A stretch of DNA of 64,000 nt from Eledone cirrhosa (GCA_964016885.1 OZ024743.1:151652001-151716000); one strand, 5' to 3'. Counted from the stretch's first letter, positions 1 to 15,243 are shown. The notes: generated by a model not told the origin, from the letters alone. Numbers and translations: made by a program.

Positions 1-1062
1 AACATTTAGGGAATATGTTTCAACAAAGATAAGATTCTTGTGGAAAATGAACAAAGAAAGGCTGCCAAATTGATTACAACCCAAAGTGAGACTTAAGGCA
101 TTTGATTTGCTTTGAAAGCATGTTAATAGTTTAGAGAGTGGGGTCTGATATAAACCAATAAGATAAGATGGAAAAAAGTAAATCTGAACAATGATATCTT
201 GGAATTTGATCAATTAGAACATAAATTATTTAAGAGGTGATGCATCAAGCTAATGCAGTATCAAACATTATTAAAGATCTATGAAAACTAAAACTGATTT
301 CCAAAGAAGGTTGTCGATACAACCAACCAATTCAGGAATAGATTTAATAAATATTGGAAAAACATTAAATTTGAAACAGCCTTTTAATATCACCCTCTAA
401 AAAATGAACATTACAATCTAGTATTTATAGGCTTTGTCTATTAACCATTAAAAAGCTATAATTTTATATAATCTAAGGAATAAATCAAATTAATTCAAAT
501 TTTGTTATTTTGTGAAGCAAACCTACTGAATCTAGATATCAACTAAATATTTTATAAATCCATAAAACTGCGCAATATTTCAAAAATATACATTTAAGTA
601 ATAGATGTGCCTTCTGATTTTACTCTTTAGTCTAGATATTTAAAGAATTTCAGTCAATAATCTTGTTAACAATGAAAGAACTTGGCTAGCAGTACTAGTC
701 AATTGAGCTTGAGCAGGCAATGAATGATGCAAAGTACAAATTAAATTATCAAAATAACATTTCAAACAGAAGTCTGCAAGAAGACAATACATTGAACAAT
801 GGTGTATTCTATAATCATCCCCTTTTCTATAGTTTATAACATCAAGTTCATCTAAAATTACACTTAAAACAGCTAATCATTATCATTTCTTCATTAAAAA
901 CGTTTTATTGTTATCCAACATGCTAACGAAGAAAGTAGTGTGCTTCTTAGCATAATGCCAACAAGTGCAAGTCTGTTTATCAAAATGAAAACAGTACCAG
1001 ACAAAAGCTAACTAAATTATATACACAGTATTATAACTCAAGTGAAAACGGAATTGTTCTAT

Positions 1063-1063
<1 letters not shown>

Positions 1064-1126
<63 letters not shown>
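1064..1126. repeat. (CA)n microsatellite
   Basis: Pure CA dinucleotide run. Confidence 0.97.
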
Positions 1127-1129
<3 letters not shown>

Positions 1130-1159
1130 TTGTCTCACATTGAGACAGATAGCATGTGG

Positions 1160-1600
1160 ATTAGAAGGAAGAGGAGATAAAAGATATAGGAAAACAAGAG
1201 GGAGTGAAAATGAAAGAGGATGATGGAGGAGAGAAGAGGGTGGAGAAGGAGAGAAGGGGTGATGAAGAAGAAATAAAGAAAAAGATGATGGAGAAGGAGA
1301 GAAAGGGGTGATGAAGAAATAAAGATGATAGAGGAGAGAAGGAGGTGATGAAGAAGAAATAAAGATGAGGGAGGAGAGGAGGAGATGAAGAAGAAATAAA
1401 GGAGAAGATGATGGAGAAGAAGGAGAGAAGGGGGTGATGAAAAAGAAAAGAGAATGAACAATGGAAAATAAATAAATGAAGAGTAAGAGAATAAAATAAA
1501 TAGAATACAGAAATAGATGCTGAAAAATAAAAAGCAAATGATGAAAAAGAGAAAGAAGAAACAAATGGATATAAAACGAATGAAAGAATAAGAAGAAACA
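1160..1600. repeat. Purine-rich low-complexity tract with degenerate ~40-bp units (GATGAAGAAGAAATAAAG...GATGGAGAAGGAGAGAAGGGG)
   Basis: Almost only A/G on the + strand; recurring GATGAAGAAGAAATAAA motif. Confidence 0.85.
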
Positions 1601-1759
1601 GGAATAAATATGCCAGATGCAGCATATTTGCTGTGGAATATAAAACCTAAGAGAGCCAAGAAATATTTTGGCTTCTTAATAAACTAGCCAAATAAGACAA
1701 TGTAGGCATAAAATCAGCAAACTGTTTCACAAGTCACTATCAAATACATTATCAATTAC

Positions 1760-1797
1760 CTCCCTTAAAATCTTTTTACAGGAATTTGATGGCTCTT
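1760..1797 (-). CDS. Candidate small internal exon of an unidentified gene (EEPSNSCKKILRE in one frame)
   Basis: Minus strand tttgtgttcctag|AAGAGCC...AAGGGAG|gtaatt; no homology recognised. Confidence 0.25.
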
Positions 1798-2361
1798 CTA
1801 GGAACACAAATAATTCTAATGACGACAAAAGCCATTTAGTATTCCTAAGCTACTTCCTCCCCCTCCTTCTGAAATAATAATAATTGTAATTTAAATGAGT
1901 CAAAGCAACAATTCCTCAAAAAGAATAAACAAAATAAATCTTCATAATAAATATATAAGCTTTATTTTATGATATAACAACTGTTGTTACAAGATATGCC
2001 AGTACTTTTTATATCAGTAACATGATAAATTAGTCTATCTTATTTAAAAAGAACAACTAATATCTAACTGCTAATTCAGACAACTGTATTAGCATTTAGT
2101 ATTAGTTTTTACTTTCTTCTAGAGTTAATATTCATCCAAAAGAAATAACCATACACACACACACACACTCCTTGCGTTGATACCAAAGCATTTAACACAG
2201 GACTACAGTTTCCCATGTAAATGTAAAGAGTATTAATGCTTCATTAATGTTTATTACAAAGCACTTACAAATCAGAAACTTGAACTACAACAAAATACTT
2301 TCTTTAACTAATGTTGGCCAGAAAATCAAAAACTGAGAATTATTAATAGTTTCCTTGCCAT

Positions 2362-2550
2362 AATAATTGTTTCTACTTTTGGCACAAGGCCGGCAATTAC
2401 CCAGTACATTACTGGTACTTTATTTTATCAACCCTATAAGGATGAAATGCAAAGTTAACCTCAACAGGATTTGAACTTAGACCGTAAAGGGACGTAACTA
2501 TGCTGGAAAGCATGGCATCCGACCCTCCACTGATACTGCCAATTCTGCCA
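2362..2550 (-). mobile_element. SINE family A (tRNA-derived), diverged copy
   Basis: Reverse complement of the copies at 23834, 24035 and 49253 (GGCAGTATC...GAGTTCAAATCC B box...GGCCTTGTGCC..AAGTAGAAACAATTATT). Confidence 0.85.
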
Positions 2551-3974
2551 CAATAATATTAGACAATAATAGAATTTGATAATTTTTGAGTTGCACCTAG
2601 TTGGCAGGTGACTTGATTTTGATAAGATATATGATAAATATACAGTGAATATAGAAATAGTTTGTGTTTTTTTTAATGACACTTCCACAATATAATTAAA
2701 ACAAAAAAATTCAACAATATTTCTGAAATTTTACAAAAAAATAGACTCATAAATCTCTCTAAATTCTCAACAGTAAGATTTCAGACACTAAAGTTAATTT
2801 TCCTTTCAAACTCTGATGGAGTTTTGTAACCATATCTTGAAGAATATACAGACTTTGTGTATTAATGTTCATAATAATCAAAAAGTTGCAATTACCTAAA
2901 AGACAAATGTTTACCTACTAAATCTAACATTATCTTTCATGTATTAATGTGATTTTAATCCAACATTTAATAGAAGCAAATTTAGGCAGATTGATGTTGA
3001 ATGGGTCAAATTTTGATAGAGGTAATTGAATAAATAAATTTATTTGAATAATTTTAGAACTACAGTGGGAGGTGAGGTATGAATAGAATATTGCCCTAAA
3101 ATCTGGTTCTATAAAGCCATGCGAAACTGAGATAACAGTTGGAACTTCTTGTAAAGTATATAGTTAAGAAACAAGAAGGAAGATTAAATCTTGTTGTGAG
3201 TCCAGACTAAGGAAGAATTAAGTTATGTTAATAAGAACTTATATGATAGAAGACAGATTAAGTCATGTTATCAAGATTTCAACTGGATTAAAATGTATCA
3301 AATATTGCTTATAGCTGCATATCACAAAATCAGGGTCAGTTTGGTATGAAAAGGGTTAATATTTGCAAGGTATTTTCATATTTCTCTGCATACTCAGAAT
3401 ACAGAAAAGAAAATACTGTAGTATAAAACTAAGTAGTCAATTCACAATTTGTCATATAGAAAAAGATAGAAAAAAATAATTTCAAGCTGTCATGAGGAAT
3501 ATCAACTGAGATAGATATGAGCAGAAGTACAATAATATTTGACAAGACTGAGCTATAACAAACTCACAATATATGACAGCAATTGCATATGCAAAAATGA
3601 TAAATGTTATAAACTACAAAACTAAAAATTCAAAACATATTCTTGATATTTGCAACAAAAAGAACAGGTGTAACTATCTATATAGGAATATAAGATTGAG
3701 TATGTTGGCAACATTGGAAGTTTGTAGCTATGGTTCAGAGAGGTTGACAGAACAATTAGAGTTCCTGTTGATCTTTATGGGATTATATTCTTTTGCATAT
3801 GAAAATATATGAATGCTTGATAGATATGTCAACTGTGATATTATTGTTTTGCATCAAAGGCAGAAGAACCAGAAAAAACTAGAATTATATTACTATGACT
3901 TGTTAGATAATATAGCATAATCTTCAAAATCTTAACATAATACTTATATATTGAGTTCCCTTATTAAAATATCC

Positions 3975-4024
<50 letters not shown>

Positions 4025-4075
4025 TATATATATGTAAAACGGTGATGATGATGATGATGATATATATATATATAT

Positions 4076-4520
4076 ATGCAGTAATACAGAAGACCCACCT
4101 TCCCATGGGCATAGGCTGAAGCAGAAGAATATTTATGATATGCACCACCCCACCCCATCCCCCATAAGGACAGGCTGAAGCATACATCTACTGAAGCCTC
4201 CAGCCCACACTGTAAAGTGGTTGTGATGGTAACATGGCAAAAAGCCCCCAGCCCACACTGTAAAGTGGTCATGTAGGTGTTACCACAAAAAGCACCCAGT
4301 CCACACTGTAAAGTAGTCATGTAGGTGTCATGACAAAAAGCACCTAGTACTCACTGTAAATAAGGTTGGTGTTAAGAAGGGCATCCGGCTGTAAAAACGA
4401 AGCCAAAATCGGTTCTGTATGAGCAAGACTTGGTCACCTGACCTAGCATTATTCAGAACAGGACAATTCGTCTAACCCATGCTAGTGTGGGGAAATGGAC
4501 ATTGAACGGTGATGATGATA
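4076..4520 (+). mobile_element. Non-autonomous retroelement family C with ~3-4 internal ~48-bp units and RTE-like 3' tail ending (GAT)n
   Basis: Same 5' start (ATGCAGTAATACAGAAGACCCA), internal units (AAAAGCACCCAGTCCACACTGTAAAG) and tail (GGTTGGTGTTA.GAAGGGCATCC...AACCCATGCTAG...GATGATGAT) as the element at 39526. Confidence 0.8.
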
Positions 4521-4560
4521 ATATATATATCCTGAGTTATCTTTACCTATTACTAGTTTT

Positions 4561-4565
<5 letters not shown>

Positions 4566-4637
<72 letters not shown>
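4566..4637. repeat. (CA)n microsatellite
   Basis: Pure CA run. Confidence 0.95.
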
Positions 4638-4641
<4 letters not shown>

Positions 4642-4645
4642 TATA

Positions 4646-5530
4646 CAGGGTGCGGACGATATCTGTTTGCAAGATTACTGTCCAGGAAAAAATAACACAG
4701 TAGTTTTATTTTTTAAGATTTATTTATCAAACTTGTGTCAGTTTGTCTTCATGACTTGTTCTTTCGATCTCACTCGATAAACCCGCCATTGGCTTTGATG
4801 ACGGCCCCAAGGCGGCCTCGGAACCGGCTACAGGCCTTTGTCACTGTCCCCCGACTTAGGCCCCTAAAGGCACTTGTGACTGGCCTTCAGAACGTCTTTC
4901 GTATTGCAGCTAAATCTGTTGGTGTCTCGTTCCACTGCACCCCACACAAAGAAGACAAGGAGATTGCAGTCAGCCGAGTTGGAAGGCCAGATATCAGGTG
5001 AAGTGTGGTCGACGAAGTTCTCTGACAGCCAGGCTTGTGTCTTTCGGCTGGTATGGCAGAGTGCTGAGTCTTGCTGCCACACGTACGGCCTACCTGGTCG
5101 ATCCAGGGCTTTACTACCTCGCTCAGAACGCAGATGTAGCCATCGGTGTTCAGCTTGAGGCCCTCAGGGAAGAAGTGAGGTGGCATGACGTCACCGTGAC
5201 TGCTGACGACACCCAAGACCAATGTTGTCACTGGAAACTTTGTCACATCTTTGGAAACTCTGGGCACATCTTTGGATGAGACAGCGAGCCATCTGTTGTC
5301 TGGGAGTTGATCTTCTGGTCTTCTTTGTCCTCCCGGCGCAGACTCCAACAAGAACTCCGTGTCTCTTCCACAAATTTGTAGGTTCAAAATTATTCACAAT
5401 CAACCATTCCGAAAACAAATAATGGAAACACAGTCACTGTCTTTATGAAGACAAGAGTGACAAAGGAAGTAAAAAAATTTTGCATAAAATTAGCAGTTGA
5501 AAATTGCGAACAAATATCTACCGCACCCTG
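4646..5530 (-). mobile_element. Internally deleted Tc1/mariner transposon, maT (DD37D) type, with pseudogenised transposase
   Basis: TA flanks at both ends; imperfect TIRs CAGGGTGCGGACGATATCTGTTTGCAA / revcomp CAGGGTGCGGTAGATATTTGTTCGCAA; frameshifted transposase VLGVVSSHGDVMPPHFFPEGLKLN...WQQDSALCH...WPSNSADCNLL; 37 residues between QQD and the third catalytic position, now V. Confidence 0.88.
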
Positions 5531-5604
5531 TATATATATATATACATTATATTTATATATATATACATACATTATATATACATATATTATATATATATAC
5601 ATAT

Positions 5605-5917
5605 CTAGGGTGTGTAAAATTCCCGAGATCCATGGAAGAGTTCTCTCCAGCGGTCTCTGTTCCTCATTATCGCTGCCATGTCCTGCGTCTCCAACAGACC
5701 AGTGTCTGTCCTTAGGGCATCAACATACGTTAACCTTGGTCTTCCTCTTCCAGTGTACCCATGTAGGGGCTCCCACAAGAGCACTGAGTGCAATGTCAAT
5801 TCTGGATATCAGTGAGCATGTCTAGCTAACCTCAGTCTCCTCTGTGTCACTTTTGAGAGGCTCCCATACAGTTCTGAGTTTTTCATCCTCAGTGTATACT
5901 GATTAATATTCAGAGCC
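5605..5917 (-). mobile_element. 3' fragment of an RTE-like LINE
   Basis: Minus-strand translations RRLRLARH... and LLWEPLHG...GRGRPRLTYVDAL...RDRWRE, typical of the RTE ORF C-terminus. Confidence 0.7.
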
Positions 5918-6691
5918 ATATATATATACATATATATATATACATATATTATATATATATATATATATATACATACATATATTATATATACATACATATA
6001 TTATATATATATATACATACATATATTATATATATACATACATATATTATATATATATATATATATATACATACATATATTATATATACATACATATATT
6101 ATATATATATATACATACATATATTATATATATACATACATATATTATATATATATATATATATACATACATATATTATATATATATATATATACATACA
6201 TATATTATATATATATATATATATACATACATATATTATATATATATATATATATACATACATATATTATATATATATATATATATACATACATATATTA
6301 TATATATATATATATATACATACATATATTATATATATATATATATACATACATATATTATATATATATATATATACATACATATATTATATATATATAT
6401 ATATATACACATACATATATTATATATATATATATACACATACATATATTATATATATATATAAATACACATACATATATTATATATATATATATACACA
6501 TACATATATTATATATATATATATACACATACATATATTATATATATATATACACATACATATATTATATATATATATACATACATATATTATATATATA
6601 TACATTATATATAGATATAATATATGTATATATATATATATATATAATATATGTATATATATATAATATATGTGTATATATACATATATAT

Positions 6692-7039
6692 ATCATCATT
6701 CATTTCATCATTTCATTTTATGTCCGCTTTTTCCCTGCTTGCAAGGGTGGGACGGGAACTGATTCTGGCTTGATTTCTACAGCTGGATGCGCTTCCTAAC
6801 ACCAACCTCGTTTACAGGGAGTGCTGGGTGCTTTTTTTGCCATGGCACCTGCACGACCACTTTGCAGTGGAATGATATGGACCCCAGTCCCTATCATTTC
6901 ATTTCTACAGCTGAGTAAACTGGAGCAATGTGAAATAAAGTGTCTTGCTCAAGGAAACAACACATCACCCGGTCTGAGAATTGAACTCACAACCTTTTGA
7001 TTGCAAGGCCAATGCTCTAACCACTAAGCCATGTGCCTC
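6692..7039 (-). mobile_element. SINE family B: tRNA head, CORE-like segment, RTE-like tail
   Basis: Reverse complement of 43762-44107; A box TGGCTTAGTGG, B box GAGTTCAATTC, CORE-like CCTTGAGCAAGACACTT. Confidence 0.85.
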
Positions 7040-7043
7040 CATT

Positions 7044-7099
<56 letters not shown>

Positions 7100-7343
7100 A
7101 CATATATTATATATAAATATATTGTATATATATATATATATATTATATATACATATATTGTATATATATAATATATATATTATATATAATATATAATATA
7201 TATACATATATATATATATATAATATATATATTATATATATATACATATATTATATATAAAATATATTGTATATATATATACATATATTATATATACATA
7301 TATTGTATATATATATTATATATATATATATATATAATATATA

Positions 7344-7427
<84 letters not shown>

Positions 7428-7471
7428 ATATATATATATAAATATACGTATTATATATATATATATATATA

Positions 7472-7564
<93 letters not shown>

Positions 7565-7968
7565 GTATATATATATTATGTTATATATATATATTATACA
7601 TATATATATACATATATATATATATGTGTATATATATATACATATATATATACATATATTATATATATATATATTATATATATTATATATTAAATATATA
7701 TATATATATATAATATATATATATGTGCAGTATATATATATTATATATATACATATATATATATGTGCATATATATATATTATATATATACATATATATA
7801 TGTGCATATATATATATTATATATATACATATATATTATATATATATATATATAATATATATATATGTGCATATATATATATTATATATATATACATATA
7901 TTATATATATATATATATACATATATACATATAAATATATATATAATATACATATATTATATATATAC

Positions 7969-7999
<31 letters not shown>

Positions 8000-8383
8000 C
8001 ATATATTATATATATATATATACATATATATATACATATATATATACATATATTATTATACATATATATATACATATATTATATATATATATATATTATA
8101 TATATTATATATATTAAATATATATATATAATATATATATATATAATATATATATATATACATATATATTATACATATATATATATACATATATATATAT
8201 ACATATATATATATAATATATATATATACATATATATAAATACATAATATATATATACATAATATATATATATACATAATATATATATATACATAATATA
8301 TATATAATATATATATATACATATATATATATACATAATATATATATACATAATATATATATATACATATATATATATACATA

Positions 8384-8414
<31 letters not shown>

Positions 8415-8651
8415 ATACATAATATATATATATAATACATAATATATATATATACATATATATATCTATAATACATAATATATATATATACATATATATA
8501 TATATAATACATAATATATATATATACATATATATATATATAATACATATATATATATATAATACATATATATATATAATACATATATATACATATATAT
8601 ATATATATATAATACATAATATATATATATACATATATATATATATAATAC

Positions 8652-8684
<33 letters not shown>

Positions 8685-9276
8685 ATACATATATATATAT
8701 ATAATACATATATATATAATACATATATATATATATTAATACATATATATATCTATAATACATAATATATATATATACATATATATATCTATAATACATA
8801 ATATATATATATACATATATATATACATAATACATATATATATATACATATATTATATATATATATATATACATATTATATATATATATTATATATATAT
8901 ACATATATTATATATATATATATATACATATTATATATATATTATATATATATATACATATATTATATATATATATATATACATATTATATATATATATT
9001 ATATATATATATATACATATATTATATATATATATATATACATTTATATATATATATTATATATATATATATATACATATATTATATATTATATATTATA
9101 TATATATACATATATTATATATATATATATAATATATATACACATATATTATATATATATATATAATATATATATATATATATTATATATATATATATAA
9201 TATATATATATATATATTATATATATATATATTATATATATTATATATATATAATATATATATATATATATTATAT

Positions 9277-9322
<46 letters not shown>

Positions 9323-9459
9323 TATATATATATAATATATATATATATATATTATATATATATATATTATATATATTATATATATTACATATATATATAT
9401 ATTATATATATATTATATATATTACATATATATATATATTATATATATAATATATATAT

Positions 9460-9497
<38 letters not shown>

Positions 9498-9701
9498 ATT
9501 ATATATATATATATATAATATATATATATATATATTATATATATATATATATAATATATATTATATATATTATTATATATATATATATTATATATATTAA
9601 TATATTATTATATATATTACATATATATATATATTATATATATATATACAATATATATATATACATACAATATATATATATACATATATACATATATATA
9701 T

Positions 9702-9733
<32 letters not shown>

Positions 9734-10087
9734 CATTATATATATTATATATATATATACATATATATATATATAATATATATATATATACATATATATA
9801 TATACATATATATATAATACATATATATACATATATATATAATATATATATATAAATAATATATATATATAATACATATATATATATACATATATATATA
9901 ATACATATATATATATATATATAATACATATATATACATATATATATATATATATAATAACATATATATACATATATACATAATATATATATATAATACA
10001 TATATAATATATATATATAATACATATATACACACATATATATATATATATACATAATATATATATATATACATATATATATACATA

Positions 10088-10140
<53 letters not shown>

Positions 10141-10780
10141 CATAATATATATATATACATATATATATACATATATATACATATATATATACATAATATA
10201 TATATATATATACATAATATATATATATATATACATAATATATATATATACATATATATATACATAATATATATATATACATATATATATACATATATAT
10301 ATATATATACATAATATATATACATATATATATATATATACATAATATATATACATATATATATATATATACATAATATATATATATACATATATATATA
10401 CATAATATATATATATACATATATATATACATAATATATATACATATATATATATATATACATAATATATATATATACATATATATATACATAATATATA
10501 TATATACATATATATACATAATATATATATATACATATATATATACATAATATATATATATACATATATATATACATAATATATATATATACATATATAT
10601 ATACATATATATATATATATACATAATATATATATATACATAATATATATATATATAATATATATATATACATATATATATACATATATATATATATATA
10701 CATATATATATACATATATATATATATATACATAATATATATATATACATATATATATACATATAATATATATATACATA

Positions 10781-10829
<49 letters not shown>

Positions 10830-10943
10830 CATAATATATATATATATACATATATATATATAATACATAATATATATATATACATATATATATAATACAT
10901 ATATATATACATATATATATATACATAATATATATATATATAC

Positions 10944-10988
<45 letters not shown>

Positions 10989-11187
10989 ATACATAATATA
11001 TATATATACATATATATATAATACATATTATATTATATACATATATATATATATATAATACATATATATACATATATTATATATATATATATATTATATA
11101 TTTATATTATATATATATATATACATATATTATATATATATATATATTATATATATATATTATATATATATATATACATATATTATA

Positions 11188-11228
<41 letters not shown>

Positions 11229-12393
11229 TTATATATATATGTATATATATAATATAATATGTATATATATAATATATATATGTATATATATAATATATAT
11301 ATATATACATATATTATATACATATGTATATATATAATATTATATATATACATATATTTATATATATATATATATATAATATATATACATATATTATATA
11401 TAATATATATATATACATATATTATATATATATAATATATATATATACATATATTATATATATATATTATATATATATATTATATATATATTATATATAT
11501 ATATTATATAAATATATATACATATATTATATATATATGTATCTATATAATATATATATATACATATATTATATATATATATATAATATATATATATATA
11601 CATATATAATATATATATATATATAATATATATATATACATATATTATATATATATACATATAATATATATATATACATATATTATATATATATACATAT
11701 ATTATATATATATACATATATTATATATATATAATATATATATATACATATATTATATATATATAATATATATATATACATATATTATATATATATAATA
11801 TATATATATACATAATATATATATATACATATGTTATATATATATACATATATTATATATATAAATACATATATATATATACATATATTATATATATATA
11901 CATATATTATATATATATACATACATATATTATATATATACACATATATTATATATATAAAAACATATATATATATATTATATATATATATATACATATA
12001 TTATATATATATACATATATTATATATATAAATACATATATATACATATATTATATATATATATTATATATATATATTATATATATATATTATATATATA
12101 TATATACATTATATATATATATATATTATATATATACATATATTATATATATATATTATATATATACATATATTATATATATATATTATATATATACATA
12201 TATTATATATATACATGTATATATATATATACATATATTATATATATATATGTATATATATAATATATATATATACATATATTATATATATATATTATAT
12301 ATATATATATATAATATATATATATACATATATTATACATATATATATATATATAATATATATATATACATATATTATATATATATATACATG

Positions 12394-12432
<39 letters not shown>

Positions 12433-12464
12433 TTATATTATATATATATAATATATATATATAC

Positions 12465-12502
<38 letters not shown>

Positions 12503-12565
12503 TTATATATATATATATATATATATACATATATTATATATATATATATAATATATATATATACA

Positions 12566-12605
<40 letters not shown>

Positions 12606-12644
12606 CATATATTATATATATATATATAATATATATATACATAT

Positions 12645-12690
<46 letters not shown>

Positions 12691-12897
12691 TTATATATAT
12701 ATATATAATATATATATATACATATATTATATATATATACACATATATTATATATATATATATATAATATATATATATACATATATTATATATATATCAG
12801 GAACGATCGACTTTCGTCAAATCGGACCGAGGAAACAATGCTTTCATTGGTCCTTTCCAATTGCTAATACTATCTATCGGTCGCAACTCCAGTAGAA

Positions 12898-12990
12898 GGA
12901 GCAACGTGAAATAAAGTGTCTTGCTCAAGGACATAACGCATCGCCCGGTCCGGGGATCGAACTCACCATCTCACGATTGCGAATCAACAT
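12898..12990 (-). mobile_element. 5'-truncated SINE family B fragment
   Basis: Minus strand GATTCGCAATCGTGAGATGGTGAGTTCGATCCCCGGACCGGG...GTCCTTGAGCAAGACACTTTATTTCACGTTGCTCC. Confidence 0.8.
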
Positions 12991-13339
12991 CTCATCAGCA
13001 ATATTTACCTATCCTCGGCCTTTCTAGAGAATCGTAAAAGCACATATCGTTATATGCTTTTTCTATGAAAATTAGTAGTGGGCAGACTAATTTGCATAGA
13101 GCGTGAGTACGTACCGGTTCATCGGAGACGATAAAAACACATAACGAAACGAAATTAAATTTCGTTTCGTTTGTAACTCACTTTTGTATGACTGACGCTT
13201 AAACAATTAAGTTAAAAATGTACGCTCTATGCAAATTAGTCTGCCCACTACTAATTTTCATAGAAAAAGCATATAACGATATGTGCTTTTATGATTCTCT
13301 AGAAAGGCCGGAGGATAGGTAAATATGCTGATGAGATGT
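12987..13339. repeat. Long inverted repeat: ~118-bp arms (12987-13104 / 13222-13339) with an inner 14-bp palindrome (13143-13171)
   Basis: Arms are near-perfect reverse complements; inner AACGAAACGAAATT-A-AATTTCGTTTCGTT. Confidence 0.93.
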
Positions 13340-13368
13340 AACAACATCGAAACTAGTCCAATATTCCT
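13317..13368 (+). ncRNA. Minimal type I hammerhead ribozyme (copy 1)
   Basis: CTGATGA (13328-34), helix II GATGT/ACATC, GAAA (13349-52), palindromic helix III ACTAGT, GUC cleavage triplet (13356-58); helix I AATATG/CAATATT, which is a perfect AATATTG in the inverted arm. Confidence 0.8.
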
Positions 13369-13616
13369 GTCTGGCTTTCTGGAGAATAGAGGAAAGGTGT
13401 TTCCTCGAAAACCAGTATGACTCTAAAAACCGGTTTGTCTGTGTGTTTACATACAGAATAGCTGAACACTCACAGTAAAGTGTCCAGTGAAAAACTCGGT
13501 ACATCTACATATGTACACGTGCGTGTATTCATATGCATACTAGTATTTCAGTATACATATGTGGATGTACATTTTTAACTTAATTATACATTTTTAACGT
13601 ATATACATATATATAC

Positions 13617-13647
<31 letters not shown>

Positions 13648-13955
13648 CATATATATATCTATATACATATATATATATACATACATATATATACATATAT
13701 ATATATATACATATATATATATACATATATATATATACATATATATATATACATATATATAGTAATAATAATAAAATTGAAGACTAAAATCCAATGAGGG
13801 CTCGATAAGGAAAATATATATCAAATATATAAGAACCGAAGAGCACATATTTATTAAAATAACAGATTGAAGTTTAAGCAAAGAATCGCTGCTGTTTTTT
13901 GAAATATCCAGTACTGCGTTTACAGATTGACTTTATATATATATACAGATTGACT

Positions 13956-13986
<31 letters not shown>

Positions 13987-14483
13987 TATATACATATATA
14001 TACATATATTATATATATATATATATACATATATTATATATATATATATATACATATATTATATATTATATATATACATATATTATATATATAATATATA
14101 CATATATTATATATATATATATACATATATTATATATATATATATATACATATATTATATATATATATTATACATATATTATATATATATATATACATAT
14201 ATTATATATATATATATACATATATTATATATATATATATACATATATTATATATATATATATATTATATATATATATACATATATTATATATATATATA
14301 CATATATTATATATATATATATATACATATATTATATATATATATATATACATATATTATATATATATATATACATATATTATATATATATATATATATA
14401 TACATATATTATATATATATACATATATTATATATATATTATATATATATATATATATATACAATATTATATATATATACATA

Positions 14484-14519
<36 letters not shown>

Positions 14520-14556
14520 CATATATATATACATATATTATATATATATAATATAC

Positions 14557-14587
<31 letters not shown>

Positions 14588-14710
14588 CATATATATATAT
14601 ACATATATTATATATATATATATACATTTACAAAATCTATATATGTTATATGTGTATGTGTATTTTATCTGTCAATTTGTATATATACATATATATATAT
14701 ATACATATAT

Positions 14711-14760
<50 letters not shown>

Positions 14761-14965
14761 CATATATATATTATATATATACATATATATATATATATTA
14801 TATATATACATATAATATATATACATATATATATATATACAATATATATTATATATATACATATATATATATACATATATATATTATATATATACATATA
14901 TATATATACATATATATATTATATATATACATATATATATATACATATATATATTATATATATAC

Positions 14966-15048
<83 letters not shown>

Positions 15049-15180
15049 CATATATGTATATATATACATATATGTATATATATACATATATAATATATAT
15101 ACATATATGTATATATATACATATATATATATATACATATATATATATACATATATATATATACATATATATATATATAC

Positions 15181-15243
<63 letters not shown>

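Noticed and set aside
1031-1659. Hydrophobic F/L/S-rich ORFs
   Set aside because: Complement of a purine-rich low-complexity tract, open in three frames
2269-2284. 16-nt microexon spliced to 1760-1797
   Set aside because: Splice sites are good, but every phase gives a stop when the two are joined directly
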